The translations under genes and the position numbers were made by a program. The notes below the pieces were generated by a model. It was not told where the DNA came from and did not search any database. It was given only the letters and a program-made list of their open reading frames with translations. From Eledone cirrhosa (Eukaryota), in NCBI GenBank assembly GCA_964016885.1, contig OZ024743.1:327546001-327610000 (forward strand): a DNA stretch of 64,000 bases, written 5' to 3'. Positions 27,322 through 41,247 of the stretch are shown here, one piece after another (position 1 is the first letter of the stretch; every line of letters starts with the position of its first letter).

Positions 27322-30300
27322 TTCATCATCAACGTCCATTTTTCCACACTAGTATGGCTTAAACGAGTTGTCCTGTTGAGAGACAAGCCAGGTCAGATAA
27401 CTACGTCTTACTCATTCAGAACTGATTTTGGATTGGTTTCTACGACTGGATGCCCTTCCCAACACCAACCATATTTACAGTACATACTGGATGCATTTTG
27501 TTGTGACACCTACATGAACACTTTACAGAGAGGGATGGGCTCTTTCTGTTGTGACACCTACACAACCACTTTACAGAGTCATCTCCACCGTGAGCTTCAG
27601 CAATCTGAGGTCTGTTCTCACCACCTCCGCCCATGTTTTTCGTGGTCTACCTCTACCACGTCTTCCTTCAACTGGCATTTCCTGGCACTTCTTCACCCAT
27701 CAGTCATCCTCCATGCGCATCACATGTCCATACCCCTGCAGTCTCCTCTCTCGTACACTACATTCTATCCCTCTCAGACACAGTTTCTCTCTCAACACAT
27801 CCATGCTGGGTCGTTCACGCACATTGACATAGCATATCCAATGGAGTATGTTTGCCTCATTTCTCTCCAGCTGTTGCATATCCTCTGCAGTTGCTGCCCA
27901 AGTCTCACTACCATGCAGCATTGCGCTCCTCACACAGGCATCATATAACCGGCCTTTCGTATGCAGGGAGGAACCCTTCGTCAGCAGAGGAAGCAGCTCC
28001 ATAAAGCCCCTCCAACCCTTCCTTATTCTAGATACTATGGCCTTGGAACACCCCCTCCCATACTAATCTGATTTCCTAGGTACCGGAAGCTATCAACCAC
28101 TTCTATAGCACCCGCCTGCATTTGAAAAATGTGTCTATCAATGCGACTTCTACTGTCTAATTTCCCTGTACATCTACTGCATACATATTTCTCCCTACCT
28201 GTTAGTTTGCCTGCTATCCCACTACATCTCTTGTGCACCCAAGATCTGCATTGTGTGCATTTTATAGAATTTATGCCAGTTCTTTTTCTGCATATCGAAC
28301 ATGGCCATTTCCCCGACGGAACCAGAGCCCTGTCCTCTCTTCTACTCATCAACACCCCCGTCCCAGCTAGGCTCACTCTGTCTTCCTGACTCCAACTGTT
28401 GTTTCCATAGCCAGAATTTCTCTAGCTCCTCTACTGATTCTGCTATAAGAACCAGATCGTCAGCACAGAGAAGCTTCTATGGACAGCTAGTCGCAAACTC
28501 CTCTGTTATGGCTTGGAGGACAGAACCCTGACGCACTCCCACCTGTATCTGGAACCCTTCACCAAACTCCACCCCCACCCTGACTTCACCGTCCCCACAA
28601 GCCATTCCTCAACACCCAGTTTCCCTAGGGCCCACCAGATGACAGATCGGGGTACCCTATCAAAGGCCCTCTCCAGGTCAACAAAAGCTAAGTATAGTGG
28701 CCTATTCTTCTCTAATAACCTCTCTTGCAATTGTCTCACCAAGAAGAGGGCATCTGTTGTACTTCCCCCCGGCACAAAACCAAACTGCATCTCATCTAGT
28801 TTGACCCTTTCTCTAATTAGTTGTGCTAATATCCTTTCTGCCACTCCCACAACCTGATCCATCAGTTTTATACCCCTATAATTGCTCCTCTCCAGAGCAT
28901 CCCTTTTACCTTTGTAGCAATTTATGAGAATACTGCTGCACCAGTCTTTGGGTATGACATCACCATATATAGCCTGATTGATGATGCGTGCAACCAGTTT
29001 AGTGCCTACGTCCCCTGATGCTTTCAGCATCTCAGCATCTCAACAACTATCCCCGACAGTCCAGCGGCCTTACCATTTTTCATTTCCTTAATCGCCTCCC
29101 GGATCCCATATTCGTCAATCCCAATAGCTAGTTCCTGTCGGATGTACTGAGGGTAATTTCTCTCTCTCCCATTCGTTCTCCACACTCATCAGTCTCTCAT
29201 AATGACATTTCCAGGCCTCCCTTTTCTGATCATCCGTGACACCAAGTACTATCTACATCTATCTCCAACAACATCCTGATTTGCATTGGCACACTGCCTT
29301 GCAATGTAGAACACCGCACGTCTCTGATCTTCCCACGCAGAACATTGACAAACTTCCTACTCTCAGCCTCCCTGCGTGCTAAGTACACCTGACGTCTAGC
29401 TTCTCTCTTAGCGGCTGTATATCCTTCTCTACTCCCACCCTTTTTCCAAGCCTTCCATGCTAGTCTTTTGTCTCTAATGGCCCTATCTACTGTGTTGTTC
29501 CACCACCAGGTCACTCTGTCTGGTTGGAGCTCTGCTCCAGCCACAAGTTTCATCAGTAGCCTGCAGTAAGTTGTCACTTAAGAAATTCCAGTTATCATGT
29601 GTCACACAACTCCAAATCGTCTTCTCTTTCGTCATACACATCTTGAAGGGTTTTCCGAAATTTGTATTTTAGTGACAGGTCTTTTAGCTTCCAGACCTTT
29701 CTTCTCCACACCTTCCTGTATGTCTCATTCCGTCTCTTGCTTACTGAGATATCACTAACGACTAACCTATGCTGTGGGGTACATTCTTCCCCAGGGCATG
29801 CCTTGGTATTTGACACCATCTGCCTAACTAGTAAGAAGTCAATCTGGCTTATGTGCTCACCTGATTTGTAGGTTATTAGGTGGTTGACAGGTTTATGGAA
29901 GTTAGTGTTGCAAATGGTCAGTGTACTTGCATCACAAAATTCAAGAAGTCTCACTCCTTCTTCATTTCTTGAGCCGTAACCGTGCCCACCATGTACCCCA
30001 CTGTAACCATCCTGGAGCTGTCCAACATGACCATTGAAGTCCCCTGCTAGCATAACGATGTCTCCGTCCTCTGTGATTGCGGCTGTTTGTAAAAGTTGCT
30101 CATAAAAGCAGTCTTTCTCTTCTTTACCTAGGCCTGCCTGGGGAGCATAGGCAGAGATGATGGTCAGTAGTCTCCTGCCTACAACTAATCTAAGCTTAAT
30201 TATTCTATTATTAACTCGATCTACCTCTATTGTCTTATTGATCCATCTCTCAGTCAGGAAAATGCCTACTCCTAACCCATCATCCTTACCTACCCAGAAA

Positions 30301-30790
30301 AGCTTATAACCAAGAAGTTTGTCTGCGATTAGTCTTGCAGAGGCACCTCTCCATCTCACCTCGCAGCACACACCCACATGCCTTATCTCCAGCATCTCCG
30401 CTATTTCACCAGATCTACCTGTGAGAGTGCTAACATTAAGTGTTGCAACTCTGAGATGCGACGTCTTCATATTTTTGTTGTTCCTTTTCCTGTAGTGCGA
30501 TTGCTTGAAGACGGTTGAGGGGTTCTCGCACATGGCCGCACCAGCCACCCCACTACCATGCGCAGCCCTAACATTGTTAGTGTTATTGCTGTTTACGCAG
30601 TTATTGCGATATATATTTGTTGTTGTGCTCATAATTGTTTTGGCATTGATACACTGGTTGGATGCCCTTCCTAACACCAGTGCCACTTTACAGCATGGAC
30701 TGGGTGCTTTTATTCGTGCCACCAGCACTAGAGAGGATGTCTTACTGGACTCATGGGCCCTCTCTACCCCTCCATTTTACAGCATGGTCA
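27322..30790 (-). mobile_element. Near full-length, degenerate RTE LINE (family B)
   Basis: Endonuclease ORF 29595-30728 (ATLNV, AYAPQ, GDFNGHVG, SQIDF), VTWWWN linker, RT pieces (NYRGIKL, FVDLERAFDRV, FRYLG), PHD-like finger, GYGHVMR; many frameshifts. Confidence 0.92.
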
Positions 30791-31135
30791 TAACAATAAT
30801 AACAATAACACTATTAATAGTTATTAATTAATGCGATCGGGCAATGCCTGTATTTTCTAAAGAACCTTCAACTACACATAGGATAAACCCTGTGGTGTAG
30901 CAATGCTTGACTGCATCAAAATCCTACTTAGCAGCAGTATATATTAGTATATGTAGGCACAGGCAGGACTGTGTGGTTCAGTTTGTTTGCAACCATGTCA
31001 TTTCGAGTTCAGTTCCACTGCATGGTGCATTGGACAAGTGTTTATTATAGCCTCATGTTGTGAATGAAATTTGGTAGACAGATTCTGTATGGATGCCTGT
31101 TGTATATATATATAATATATATGTGTGTGTCCTTG

Positions 31136-31787
31136 TCATCATCATCGTTTAACGTCCATCTTCCACGCTTGCATGGGTTTGGACGAGAGTTTTCCCACTT
31201 GAAGCAAGATTGGTTGTCCTGCTCGTATCGGACTGTCTGGTGGGTTTTCTACGGCTGGATGCCCTTCCTAACACCAACCACGTTTACAGTGTGGAACTGG
31301 GAGGTTTTTACCGTGTTACCTACACAGCCACATTACAGCGTGGACTGTGTGTTTTTTTGTCGTGACACCTACACGACCTCATTTGTTTCGGGCTGGATGT
31401 TGTGGTACCAACATAACTTTACATTGAAAGGGGTGGTGTGGATGGGGTAGGGGTAGTGGGACAGGGGTGTATTTTGTTAGAGGTGCCTACTGACTGTAGT
31501 AGGTTTCACTTTGTACTTAGGTAAGGCGGGTCTTCTCTATTACTGTGTAGCGCCAAAGATCTCGGTCCAGTGACATTGTCTTGGAGAGGTGTAAGTGTGT
31601 GAGGTCGGAATTTATCAAGTCGTCCCAGGTTTTTCTGGGTCTGCCTACTCCGTGGCTACCGTCTATTTTTATTGCCCTGCACTTTTTTATACAGCTGTCG
31701 TCTTTCATGCGCATCACGTGACCATACCAACGTAGTCTTCTCTCGAGTAAACAACATCTGATCCCTCTTATTTCTAATTTTTCCCTT
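31136..31787 (-). mobile_element. RTE family A 3' fragment
   Basis: ORF 31517-31717 ending EKTRLT*, same 3' UTR. Confidence 0.92.
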
Positions 31788-32050
31788 GTGTTTATGTTTA
31801 TTGTTTATTTATATTTCATAAACTAGTGGCTTCCTAAATAAAGAACAATAAAATAAGTACCAAAGTCAAAAAACAAAGCAAGGAAAAAATACGCAGTAGA
31901 GTAGATTAATATGATATTTATTCAAAACTGAGTTTTTGTGAAAGTCTACTCAGAATTTCTCATTACCAATGCTGAGGACCATTAGCAACAAACCAAGTAA
32001 TGATTAACAAAGGCTCAGCTTTGAATAAATATATATATTTATATATGTAA

Positions 32051-32376
32051 AGGAGTCACATGGCTTAGTGGTTAGAGCATTGGCCTTGCAATCGAAAAGT
32101 TGTGAGTTCAATTCTCAGACCGGGTGATGTGTTGTTTCCTTGAGCAAGACACTTTATTTCACATTGCTCCAGTTTACTCAGCTGTAGAAATGAGATGATA
32201 GGGACTGGGGTCCCTATCATTCCACTGCAATGTGGTCGTGGAAGTGCCACGGCAAAAAAGCACCCAGCACTCACTGTAAATGAGGTTGGTGTTAGGAAGG
32301 GCATCCAGCTGTAGAAATCAAGCCGGAAACAGTTCCTGTCCCACCCTTGCAAGCAGAGAAAAGCGGATGTAAAATG
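32051..32376 (+). mobile_element. SINE S1
   Basis: Reverse-complement match to 8905-9251. Confidence 0.88.
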
Positions 32377-33106
32377 TGCAATACCACATATGCAACCAGA
32401 CCCACTTATGCATCGAGTGCTGAAACTGGTGAATCAAAAGTAACTTAAAGTTACATACCAATAAACTATATATATAATGTGTCATTTTCATCATCAATTA
32501 ATGTCCACTTTCTCTGCTAGCAAAGTTGGGTGGGTTATCATATGCTATGTCTGTGCTTAATTGGTACTACTGACCTTTCAGATGGGCTGGGAACTCACTA
32601 CAGAGTGGCACCTACATTAGAAAGGTTGTGATCTTGACACAAGAGTCCTCTCAGCCCTTTTCAGGCATCATATATGTGTATGTGTAATATATATATAAGA
32701 TATGGCTGTGTAAAGAAGTTCGCTTTTGTGTGACACATTGAGCAAATGTCATCTACTATAGTCCCAGGCTAATCAACACTTTTAGATGACAAAGGAACAC
32801 TGCAGAGTGGCTGTGCTGGTAAAGACCAGCCTAACCCATGCAAGAATGGAAAGTTAGTAAAATGATGGTGATGAAACAAAAGAAGTCCATCATACATATA
32901 TCATCATCATCAAATATATCAACCTAGGTTCTTAACTGGGGATTTAATTTATTGTCCCCAGAAGGACGAAAGGCAAATTTTCCTCAGTGGGATTTGAACT
33001 CTGGTCAAAGATGTAAAGAGCTGGAGCAAATACTGAAAAACATTTCGTCCAACACTTGAATGATTCTTCCAATTCATTGCCCTCATTTCTACCATAATAA
33101 TAATAA

Positions 33107-33244
33107 TCATTGACGTTTGACATCAATACTCTTGAAATCTTCAGCAAGTTCAACTTTAATTGAATTATCACCAACAGTCTTGAGAATATCTTCCAAAATG
33201 ACCATCACACTTATTTTGTCTTTACCAGAATGTTTGTTCAATGT
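33107..33244 (-). CDS. ELAC1: ELAC1 coding exon 9 (terminal)
   Basis: ...IKVELAEDFKSIDVKRQ* with AxD motif; exon lengths sum to 1104 nt = 367 aa plus stop. Confidence 0.88.
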   Translation of the reverse strand, partial: TLNKHSGKDKISVMVILEDILKTVGDNSIKVELAEDFKSIDVKRQ

Positions 33245-33593
33245 CTATATGAAGTAGAAAAAAAAAAAAAAAACTATTTAAGAATGATAATTAAAAGAAA
33301 AACATACAAATGCACATACCACCAACAATAATCCAATACAAACGAAAAAGGAAAACCTAATTATATGTTAACCCTTTTAGTACCAAATGGCCCCTGTTCT
33401 AGTATCAAAATTGTTTATTCTAAAGTGTTTATATTTATCTAAAAATCTTCCATCGTAATTTTATTATTATTATTATTACTATTATTATTATTTTATGGAA
33501 GAACCTTTTTTTACATTATGTTCCAAACACTAAATCATTTTCAAAATTATAGAAAATGTCTTATGGAAATGAAAAGGTTAATAAAACACTTAC

Positions 33594-33688
33594 TGATTCT
33601 TCAGGAGATAACACTTGGTATCGCTGACTGAAGTGGGTAAGAACTAAATGCAGGGTGCCGAGTTCTAAAGCCAATTGACCAACCTGGC
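33594..33688 (-). CDS. ELAC1: ELAC1 coding exon 8
   Basis: QVGQLALELGTLHLVLTHFSQRY (motif V). Confidence 0.93.
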
Positions 33689-35369
33689 CTGTGAAAAATT
33701 GAAGAAATATCAAGGATTGTATTATAGTTGTTGTTTTTTGGTGTTTACCATAAGGGCATGAGGGCACAAGCAAGGATGAACTGGATATAAGATGAATCAG
33801 ATATAGGGTGCAAGAGAGAATACTGTGCTGGTATGTACATGCAATGCATATGGATGATAATTATTGAATGAAGAAGTGCTAAGAGATCCAGGTAGAAGGA
33901 AGATCAAGGATGACCTGGATGGAGGTGGTTATAGCAGATCTCAAACTACTGAAGAGGAGATGATGAAAGGGCATGAGTGGAGGTGGGTTGTACTAGAGAA
34001 GACACATCCAACCAATGCAAGCATGGAAAAGTGGACATAAAATGACGATATACATAGATTATAATAATAGTTTCTGATTTAGGAACAAGGCCAATAATTT
34101 TGGGGGAGAGGAAAGTCGAATAAATCGACCCCAGTGTATTACTAGTACTTTATTGGCCCCATAAAAATGAAAGACAAAGCTAAACTCAGCAAGATTTGAA
34201 CTCAGAATGGAAAGGGTCGTAACTCTATTCGACGACCCTAGCGATACTGCCAATCCCTACATAGATCAAAATGATAATTACTTACATTTGTCCAAAAATC
34301 TCAAATTTCTAAATGTGACATAAGATCAATTAAGTTGATCCATTTGAGTAACCTAATTTCTGGCTTATACCTATGTTAGAAACAATTATATTAAACTTGG
34401 AATGTTAACTCTTAACATCATGCAATAATTTAGCTGAAAATATCTGAAAACAGAGTTCGTTAATTCAAATGTTTATAATATATTTACTGGAGGACAAGTT
34501 GTTGTGAAATTTTCCAGTGTTAAAGTAAAGACTTTAAGTTTTAACACAATGTAGTTTTGTACTCTTTAAGAATGTTTTGCTAATATGGTGCCATGTAATG
34601 CAGGATATTAAATCTCATTTTCAGCTGAGTGAACTGAAGAACTCAAATTAACCCTTTCACGATCGTGTTTCTAATGAAATATACTCTATTTCAATTAATT
34701 TATGATGTATTTTGAAGGATTTATTAAGGTATGGTTCTAAGAATAAAATCATATTGGAAGATTTGAATTTAAATGTGAATTCTTTAAAATGGGTGGTTTT
34801 GTTTCATAGAACTAGAACTGGTTTTGGCCAAGTTTGTATGAAAAGGGTTGATTGTCTTGAGAATTCCAAAAGTAAAATAACTTATATTCATCAATAAAGA
34901 GAACCTCATATATATTCAATCAGCTCCATTTAGGAGATGCCAGAAAAAACGACTATATGGCTTCGCGTAATATTTTCCAGAGGAAATTACTATATGGCTT
35001 CACGTAATACTTTCTAATTATTATTAAAAAATCAACTTCTTTTCATTAACTACAACTGATTTTGTTGTGTCTCCATATCCCTGCATGACAGAAGAGGCAA
35101 TTAAAAATGTTGGTGCCAGCAAGAGCATGCAGCTGTATAACATTACTTTGAAAAGGGGCCTGTGATTAGTATGAAGTCTAACGTGGGACCTTGCAAAACT
35201 AACACCTGCGTTAGCAGACAAAATGGCCTTCTTGTTGTTTATGTTTATGTAAATGTATGTAAAGTGAAGGTGCAACTTATTTATATACAAGTATATATGA
35301 TAGTTGAATATGAATATACTATGAAATTTTCAATTTAGTCATGTGAAATTCAAGAGTTTGATTACTAAC

Positions 35370-35550
35370 TTGGTGTGGAATGACCATTTTGTAAAGCTTG
35401 CTCAAACATGCTATCACTAAGAGTAGCTTCATGAACCAGAAGGTGACAATTTTGACCAATCTTCAGCAATTCTTTTGAATCACATGAGTCTCCAGCAATC
35501 ACTACTTTCCGACCTTTGATAGGTGGTCCAAGTACATCCTCCGGACAAAT
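35370..35550 (-). CDS. ELAC1: ELAC1 coding exon 7
   Basis: ICPEDVLGPPIKGRKVVIAGDS...LLVHEATL...GHSTP (motif IV, HEAT, HST). Confidence 0.94.
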
Positions 35551-35797
35551 CTGCAGAAAGACATAAGAATTAATATCTAATTAATATGTCTTTAATATTG
35601 AAGTAATGTCAACAGCAAGTGTTTTAAGACCAGTTTTCTCTGCTAAAGCTTCATGCTCGTTATAGGGTCCTTTCTGAAGCAATATTTTATTGCTGGATGC
35701 CCTTCCTGGCATAAAACCATAAAAATCACCTCTTTTAAAATGCAGGAAAACAATATACCTCTTCTAAACTAGATATATAGCACAATATTACAATAAT

Positions 35798-35986
35798 TGT
35801 TTCTACTTTAGGCACAAGGCCAGCAATTATCCAGTGCATTACTGGTACTTTATTTTATCGACCCCGTAAGGATGAAAGGCAAAGTAAACCTCGGCGGGAT
35901 TTGAACTCAGATCGTAAAGGGACGTAACTATGCTGGAAAGCATGGCGTCCGACCCTCTACCGATACTGCCAATCCATCCACCATCC
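35798..35986 (-). mobile_element. SINE S2 with 19-bp target-site duplication
   Basis: AGCACAATATTACAATAAT at 35779 and 35987. Confidence 0.92.
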
Positions 35987-36719
35987 AGCACAATATTACA
36001 ATAATATTAATTGAATATTCATGTAGATGAGCTTAAAGAAAATAACTTTACAATATATGTTATTCCTGCCTTACATTTATTTTTCTATATTTACATTTGT
36101 TGGAGCAGTATCTACTCAACCGAGGAAAGTTTTTATCATACCAGTAACCACTGAACTGTAAAATAGGAGTGAAAACTTGTTTTTTTCTTTTTTTGTCTAC
36201 TGTGAAGTAGGATAAAGCAAGCAGAGTTGCGTACCTTGTCCAGTAATAATTAGTGATAGCATTAACGGATTTCTTTTTGTCATAATTTGGCATGTTTATT
36301 CTGAATGGATGCTCTTCCTATTGCCAATCAACTTGCAGGAGTTCCCATGGACAGCCATACATAAACTCTTTTCTGGAAAACTATAATAAACAGATGTGGG
36401 CTGAAGACAGAGAAGAACATCTACTTGCACACTGAATTCCTCACTAAACTCATTACCTATCCTCACTTTACTGACAAGCACCTTTGTACGTGGCTTGCAC
36501 AGTTCTCCTGAGCCACTCATCTAGACCAGACAACAGATTGTAGCACTCTATCAATGGTCTTCTCCAGATCAATAAATGTTAGGTCTAGTGGTTAACAAAA
36601 GATCACTACTTCACATCTGCCTATCTAACAAAAGGATTTGAGGAATGCTCCTATTACCTAAAAAAAAAAGTTCTAGTCATAAAATATTTAATTCATTCAT
36701 AGAAATAAATAGAACTGAC

Positions 36720-36819
36720 CACTTCCCCAGAAGGAGATGTAATTTTCCTTCCAGATTTTAGTTCTTTGTATGCTGGACCAGGAGGAACCCCTTTGCTAGA
36801 TAAGAATTGAGCATTTAAT
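36720..36819 (-). CDS. ELAC1: ELAC1 coding exon 6 (flexible arm, GP motif)
   Basis: LNAQFLSSKGVPPGPAYKELKSGRKITSPSGEV. Confidence 0.93.
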
Positions 36820-37710
36820 CTGGAGAAATAAGTAAAAACAGAGTAAGCATCATTAATCACAACATACTGAATAAAATAATTTCAACTTTAGTTCTTGATA
36901 TCCAATTAGACCACTTTAGCTGAAAAACATAACCCATTTAAAGATGTTAAAAGTTAGAGTCAATCTTGAGATATATTGGAACTTATTCCGGTTTCATTGG
37001 TTTTAAGCAACAGAGAATACAAATGGATGCGATGCTAGTCCATTGAAAAGTCAACCCTTAACTGATTAATCCTCCTTCCCCTTCTCTCTAAGAAATCAGA
37101 TGTAGTCCAGATTGGAGAATAATGAGCTCCATCAAGTTTAAATGGCCAAGAAATATCACTGAAGTCACCCTCACACCTCCACCAAGATTTAAAGACTCAA
37201 TGAATCAATGATTTAAAGATAGAGAGGTCAATATTAAAACTAATCAGAATATCCATTGCTTCTCTGGCTTAGATCAAAGTGTAGAATATTCAGATTATAC
37301 CATAAGGAAAAAGGTAAGGAGCTATTGTTAGATCATACCAAAGAAACAATGTTACCATTGGTCTTTCTCTTGTTGATTCTATCTGCCAGTTGTAACTCCT
37401 TACAGGAGGTGGCATTTGAACTCAGATTGCACAAGAAAGCATCTCACCCAATTCTTTAACAATACTACCAATCCATCACCTTTGGATTGGTATTTATCAA
37501 CCCCAAGAGGATGAAAGGCAAAAATTGTACTCAGTAGGGTTTGAAGTCAGATTGCAGAGAACTGGAACAAAAATCAAGGCATTTAATTCAACATTCTGAC
37601 ACCTGTCAATTTACCATCTTAACTCATAAACTATGGTTATAAACATGACTGTTTGTTTCAATTAAGAAATGAACTATTTCAAAACTAAAAATAACATGAT
37701 AAACACTTAC

Positions 37711-37806
37711 TTTCCAGGTAATGGCTTTTCTTCTATTACAAAAGCAAAAGATGGAATTCTGTGTTTCAGGGAAACTGCTTTAACTATGGTTGTTTCATTT
37801 TCAAAG
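37711..37806 (-). CDS. ELAC1: ELAC1 coding exon 5
   Basis: FENETTIVKAVSLKHRIPSFAFVIEEKPLPG (motif III His). Confidence 0.93.
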
Positions 37807-38796
37807 CTAAAAAATAAATATAATAAATTCTTTTGATTTTATTAAGGTTTTAATACTTTAACCTTGTCATTACCATAGTGCCTAGGAGATTTGAATATTT
37901 TTGAAAATAATCAAGAATTAGATTATTTATCAGGTGTTTGGAGCATAACTTAACAAATGTTCTGACATAACATTACATGGAAGGTTTTTAGATAAAAATA
38001 TAAACAGTTTTGTATTGTAGAACCAGAGGCAGTTTCATGCAGTTTAGTGTCAACAATGAAAGGAGCTGCTACATAGTCTCTTGACCTGTTAGAAAATAGC
38101 AGCCAAATATCCCTCAATTACACCCTGCTGTCTTAAATAATGAAGGACATGTTAAACAAAAAGTAGTCCTAAATATACAAAAAGACAAGATGGCCACAAC
38201 TTGATAGTCACAAGAGGAAGAGCATTTTTCAGAGCTTTTGAGACTAGTGGGAGAAAAGGAAGAGATTATTCTCAAACTGAAGACATGGCCCAAATGCCTG
38301 CAACAGATAGGCCTTCACTAAAGATACCCAAGGGCTGAATTGTGGTGTTAAACAATTCTTTTGGCAGACTTCAACACAGTATTTGTTTACCAAATTTGAT
38401 TCAGAAGGCTTTGGTCAACCCAAGATTATGATAGAAAACACTTGTCCAATGATCTATAGTTGGAAAGTGAACCTCTTAACCACATAGACATAGTTTCTTA
38501 TTTTTTTGATAAGCAGCTAAGATTTTTAAATGAATAATGTCAGAGGTTTACAAAGGCAACAAGCCAAAAAAGAAAGAGATAGCAAGAAGAAAAAAAAAAG
38601 GAAAAAGAGGAGACATGCACATTTAATTACACTCTGCAATAGGGATTGCTGGTGCTTCTGAAAAGTTTTGATTCAAGCCAAAACACTCACATTACCATGA
38701 GGATAGCATGGTTAAGGCACTGAAATAGCCAAGTATACCAATCACGGTTCATCTGGATTTAATCAACAACAGAATATAATAGATATTTAGACTTAC

Positions 38797-38894
38797 AGAT
38801 TCCATATTTGGTTGCTATCAGGACAGATGAGACTGTTAGGGTTCTCATTCGGATGAGATTTTTCTGATAGTGAAGAATGATCAACAACCCAATC
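38797..38894 (-). CDS. ELAC1: ELAC1 coding exon 4
   Basis: DWVVDHSSLSEKSHPNE...QIWN; CAG/GTAAGT; phases fit both neighbours. Confidence 0.85.
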
Positions 38895-38941
38895 CTGACA
38901 GGAAAGAACAGGTGAGAGAAAAACAATACAGCACAGGAAAT

Positions 38942-40046
38942 ATCATCATCATCATCATCATCGTTTAATGTCCATCTTCCACGCTTGCATGGGTTTGGAC
39001 GGGAGTTTTCCACTTGCTCGTATAGGACTGTCTGGTGGGTTTTCTACGGCTGGATGCCCTGCCTAACACCAACCACGTTTACAGTGTGGACTGGGAGGTT
39101 TTTACCGTGTTACCTACACGGCCACATTACAGCGTGGACTGTGTTTTTTGTCGTGACACCTACACGACCTCATTTGTTTCGGACTGGATGTTGTGGTACC
39201 AACATAACTTTACATTGAAAGGGGTGGTGTGGGTGGGGGGGGGGGGTTATTTTTGTTAGAGGTGCCTACTGACTGTAGTAGGTTTCACTTTGTACTTAGG
39301 TAAGGCGGGTCTTCTGTATTACTGTGTAGCGCCAAAGATCACGGTCCAGTGACATTGTCTTGGAGAGGTGTAAGTGTGTGAGGTCGGAATTTATCAAGTC
39401 GTCCCAGGTTTTTCTGGGTCTACCTACTCCGTGGCTACCGTCTATTTTTATTGCCCTGCACTTTTTTATACAGCTGTCGTCTTTCATGAGCATCACGTGA
39501 CCATACCAACGTAGTCTTCTCTCGAGTAAACAACATCTGATCCCTCTTATTTTTAATTTTTCCCTTAGTTCATTTATGCTTTGCCGTTCACGTATATTAC
39601 TATTACACATCCAGCGGAGCATGCAAGCTTCGTTCCTCTCCAGTCTGCGTATATCCTCTACACACAATGCCCAGGTCTCACTGCCATGTAACATTGCTGT
39701 TCGTATGCAGGCATCATACAGCCTGCCTTTCATTTTTAGAGAGAACCCTTTAGCGGCTAATAGTGGTATAAGCTCTCTGAACTTTTTCCACCCCGTTCTG
39801 ACTCTAGCTACTGTACTTTCAGAGGACCCTCCCCCACTGCTGATTTTGTCACCCAAGTAACGGAAGGTGTCCACTATTTCTATAGAACCATCTGTGCAAT
39901 GGAATGAGCTAGTATTCTGTGGGCACTTGCTGCTACTTATTGCACCAGAGCACCGGCCACATATAAAAGTTCTTAGTTAGCTTACCTGTGATCCCACTAC
40001 ATCTTTTATGCACCCATACATACTTTGCATTTGGGACATAAACTGG
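38942..40046 (-). mobile_element. RTE family A 3' fragment in an ELAC1 intron
   Basis: ORF 39296-39874; (GAT)n tail ends ~45 nt from the exon 4 acceptor. Confidence 0.93.
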
Positions 40047-40452
40047 AGAAATATATTGTTCACAATTCACATTCTCAAAACATCAGACAGACATAGTTGC
40101 ACTTCCTATAAAACTGGGAACAAAGCATGGGTAATGAACATATAACAGCAGAGAAAGCTGAAAAGAATGAAAATAAAAGCTCTATGCTGTATGTGTGAGA
40201 TGTGCCATGATCTATGGGAGCAAGAAATGGGTGATGAACGTGGAGCAGCAGGTAAAGCTGAAAAGCGCAAAAATGAAAATGGTTCAGTGAATGAGTGGAG
40301 TATGATGGGAATGAAGCCAATGATGAATGTTATGAAAAAAATGAAATCAGATGACTGGGTCATGTGTTGAAGAAGGATGAAAGTGACTGAGAGGAGTGGC
40401 GGTAATGAATATGGAAGAGGGAAAAACCAAGAAAGTCATAGTTAAATATAAT

Positions 40453-40637
40453 TGTTTCTACTGTTGGCACAAGGCCAGCAATCATCCCAGTGCATTACTG
40501 GTACTTTATTTTATCAACCCCCATAAGGATGAAAGGCAAAGTTAATCTCGGCGGGATTTGAACTCAGATCGTAAAGGCCCGTAACTCCATGCTGCAAACC
40601 ATGGCGTCCGACCCTCTAACGATACTGCCAATCCACC
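40453..40637 (-). mobile_element. SINE S2 with 18-bp TSD, nested in an old RTE remnant
   Basis: GTCATAGTTAAATATAAT at 40435 and 40638. Confidence 0.9.
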
Positions 40638-41052
40638 GTCATAGTTAAATATAATGAAAGAGGAAATGAAAGTTGGTAAGGAAAGATACAGATGATATAG
40701 CAAAATGAAGAAGCTTATCATAGGGCCTGAAAAGTTAACCTCTGTTTTAACAAGGAAAATGTCCTTAAAACACTTATTGTATGTTTGCTGTAGAAAACTG
40801 AGGCTTTGCTCCTATACATGGTAAACAAGTGAAAACATATTCTATGACTGATAAAGTTTCATTTGCCTCTTAATAAAGCAACTTGTTTATTTGTGTATCA
40901 ATGTATCTGATGTTGATATAATTTGTAGCCGTTATACATGGATAGCCAAGTCAGGCCCCCTAATAATACACATAAAAATATTACAGTATCATCAAGTCAA
41001 AACATAAAAACAAGTTTTTTTACAAAATCAAAAATTAATCAAAGAGTTTTAC

Positions 41053-41247
41053 CTTCCAATCTTCAGGTAGCTGGTTTTCAAGAACTTTAAGTTCACATAC
41101 AGTAAAGTTAAACTCTAATAAAGATCGAGACAGATTTAGGCATGTCCGAATATATTTACATAGGCCCTCAGGTCCATAGATTTCAACAGGCATTTTTCGA
41201 GCATTATTCATGCTAATGGTACATAGCAAGCCTGGAAGACCAAACAT
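41053..41247 (-). CDS. ELAC1: ELAC1 coding exon 3
   Basis: MFGLPGLLCTIS...VEIYGPEGL...EDWK; phase 0/0. Confidence 0.94.
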
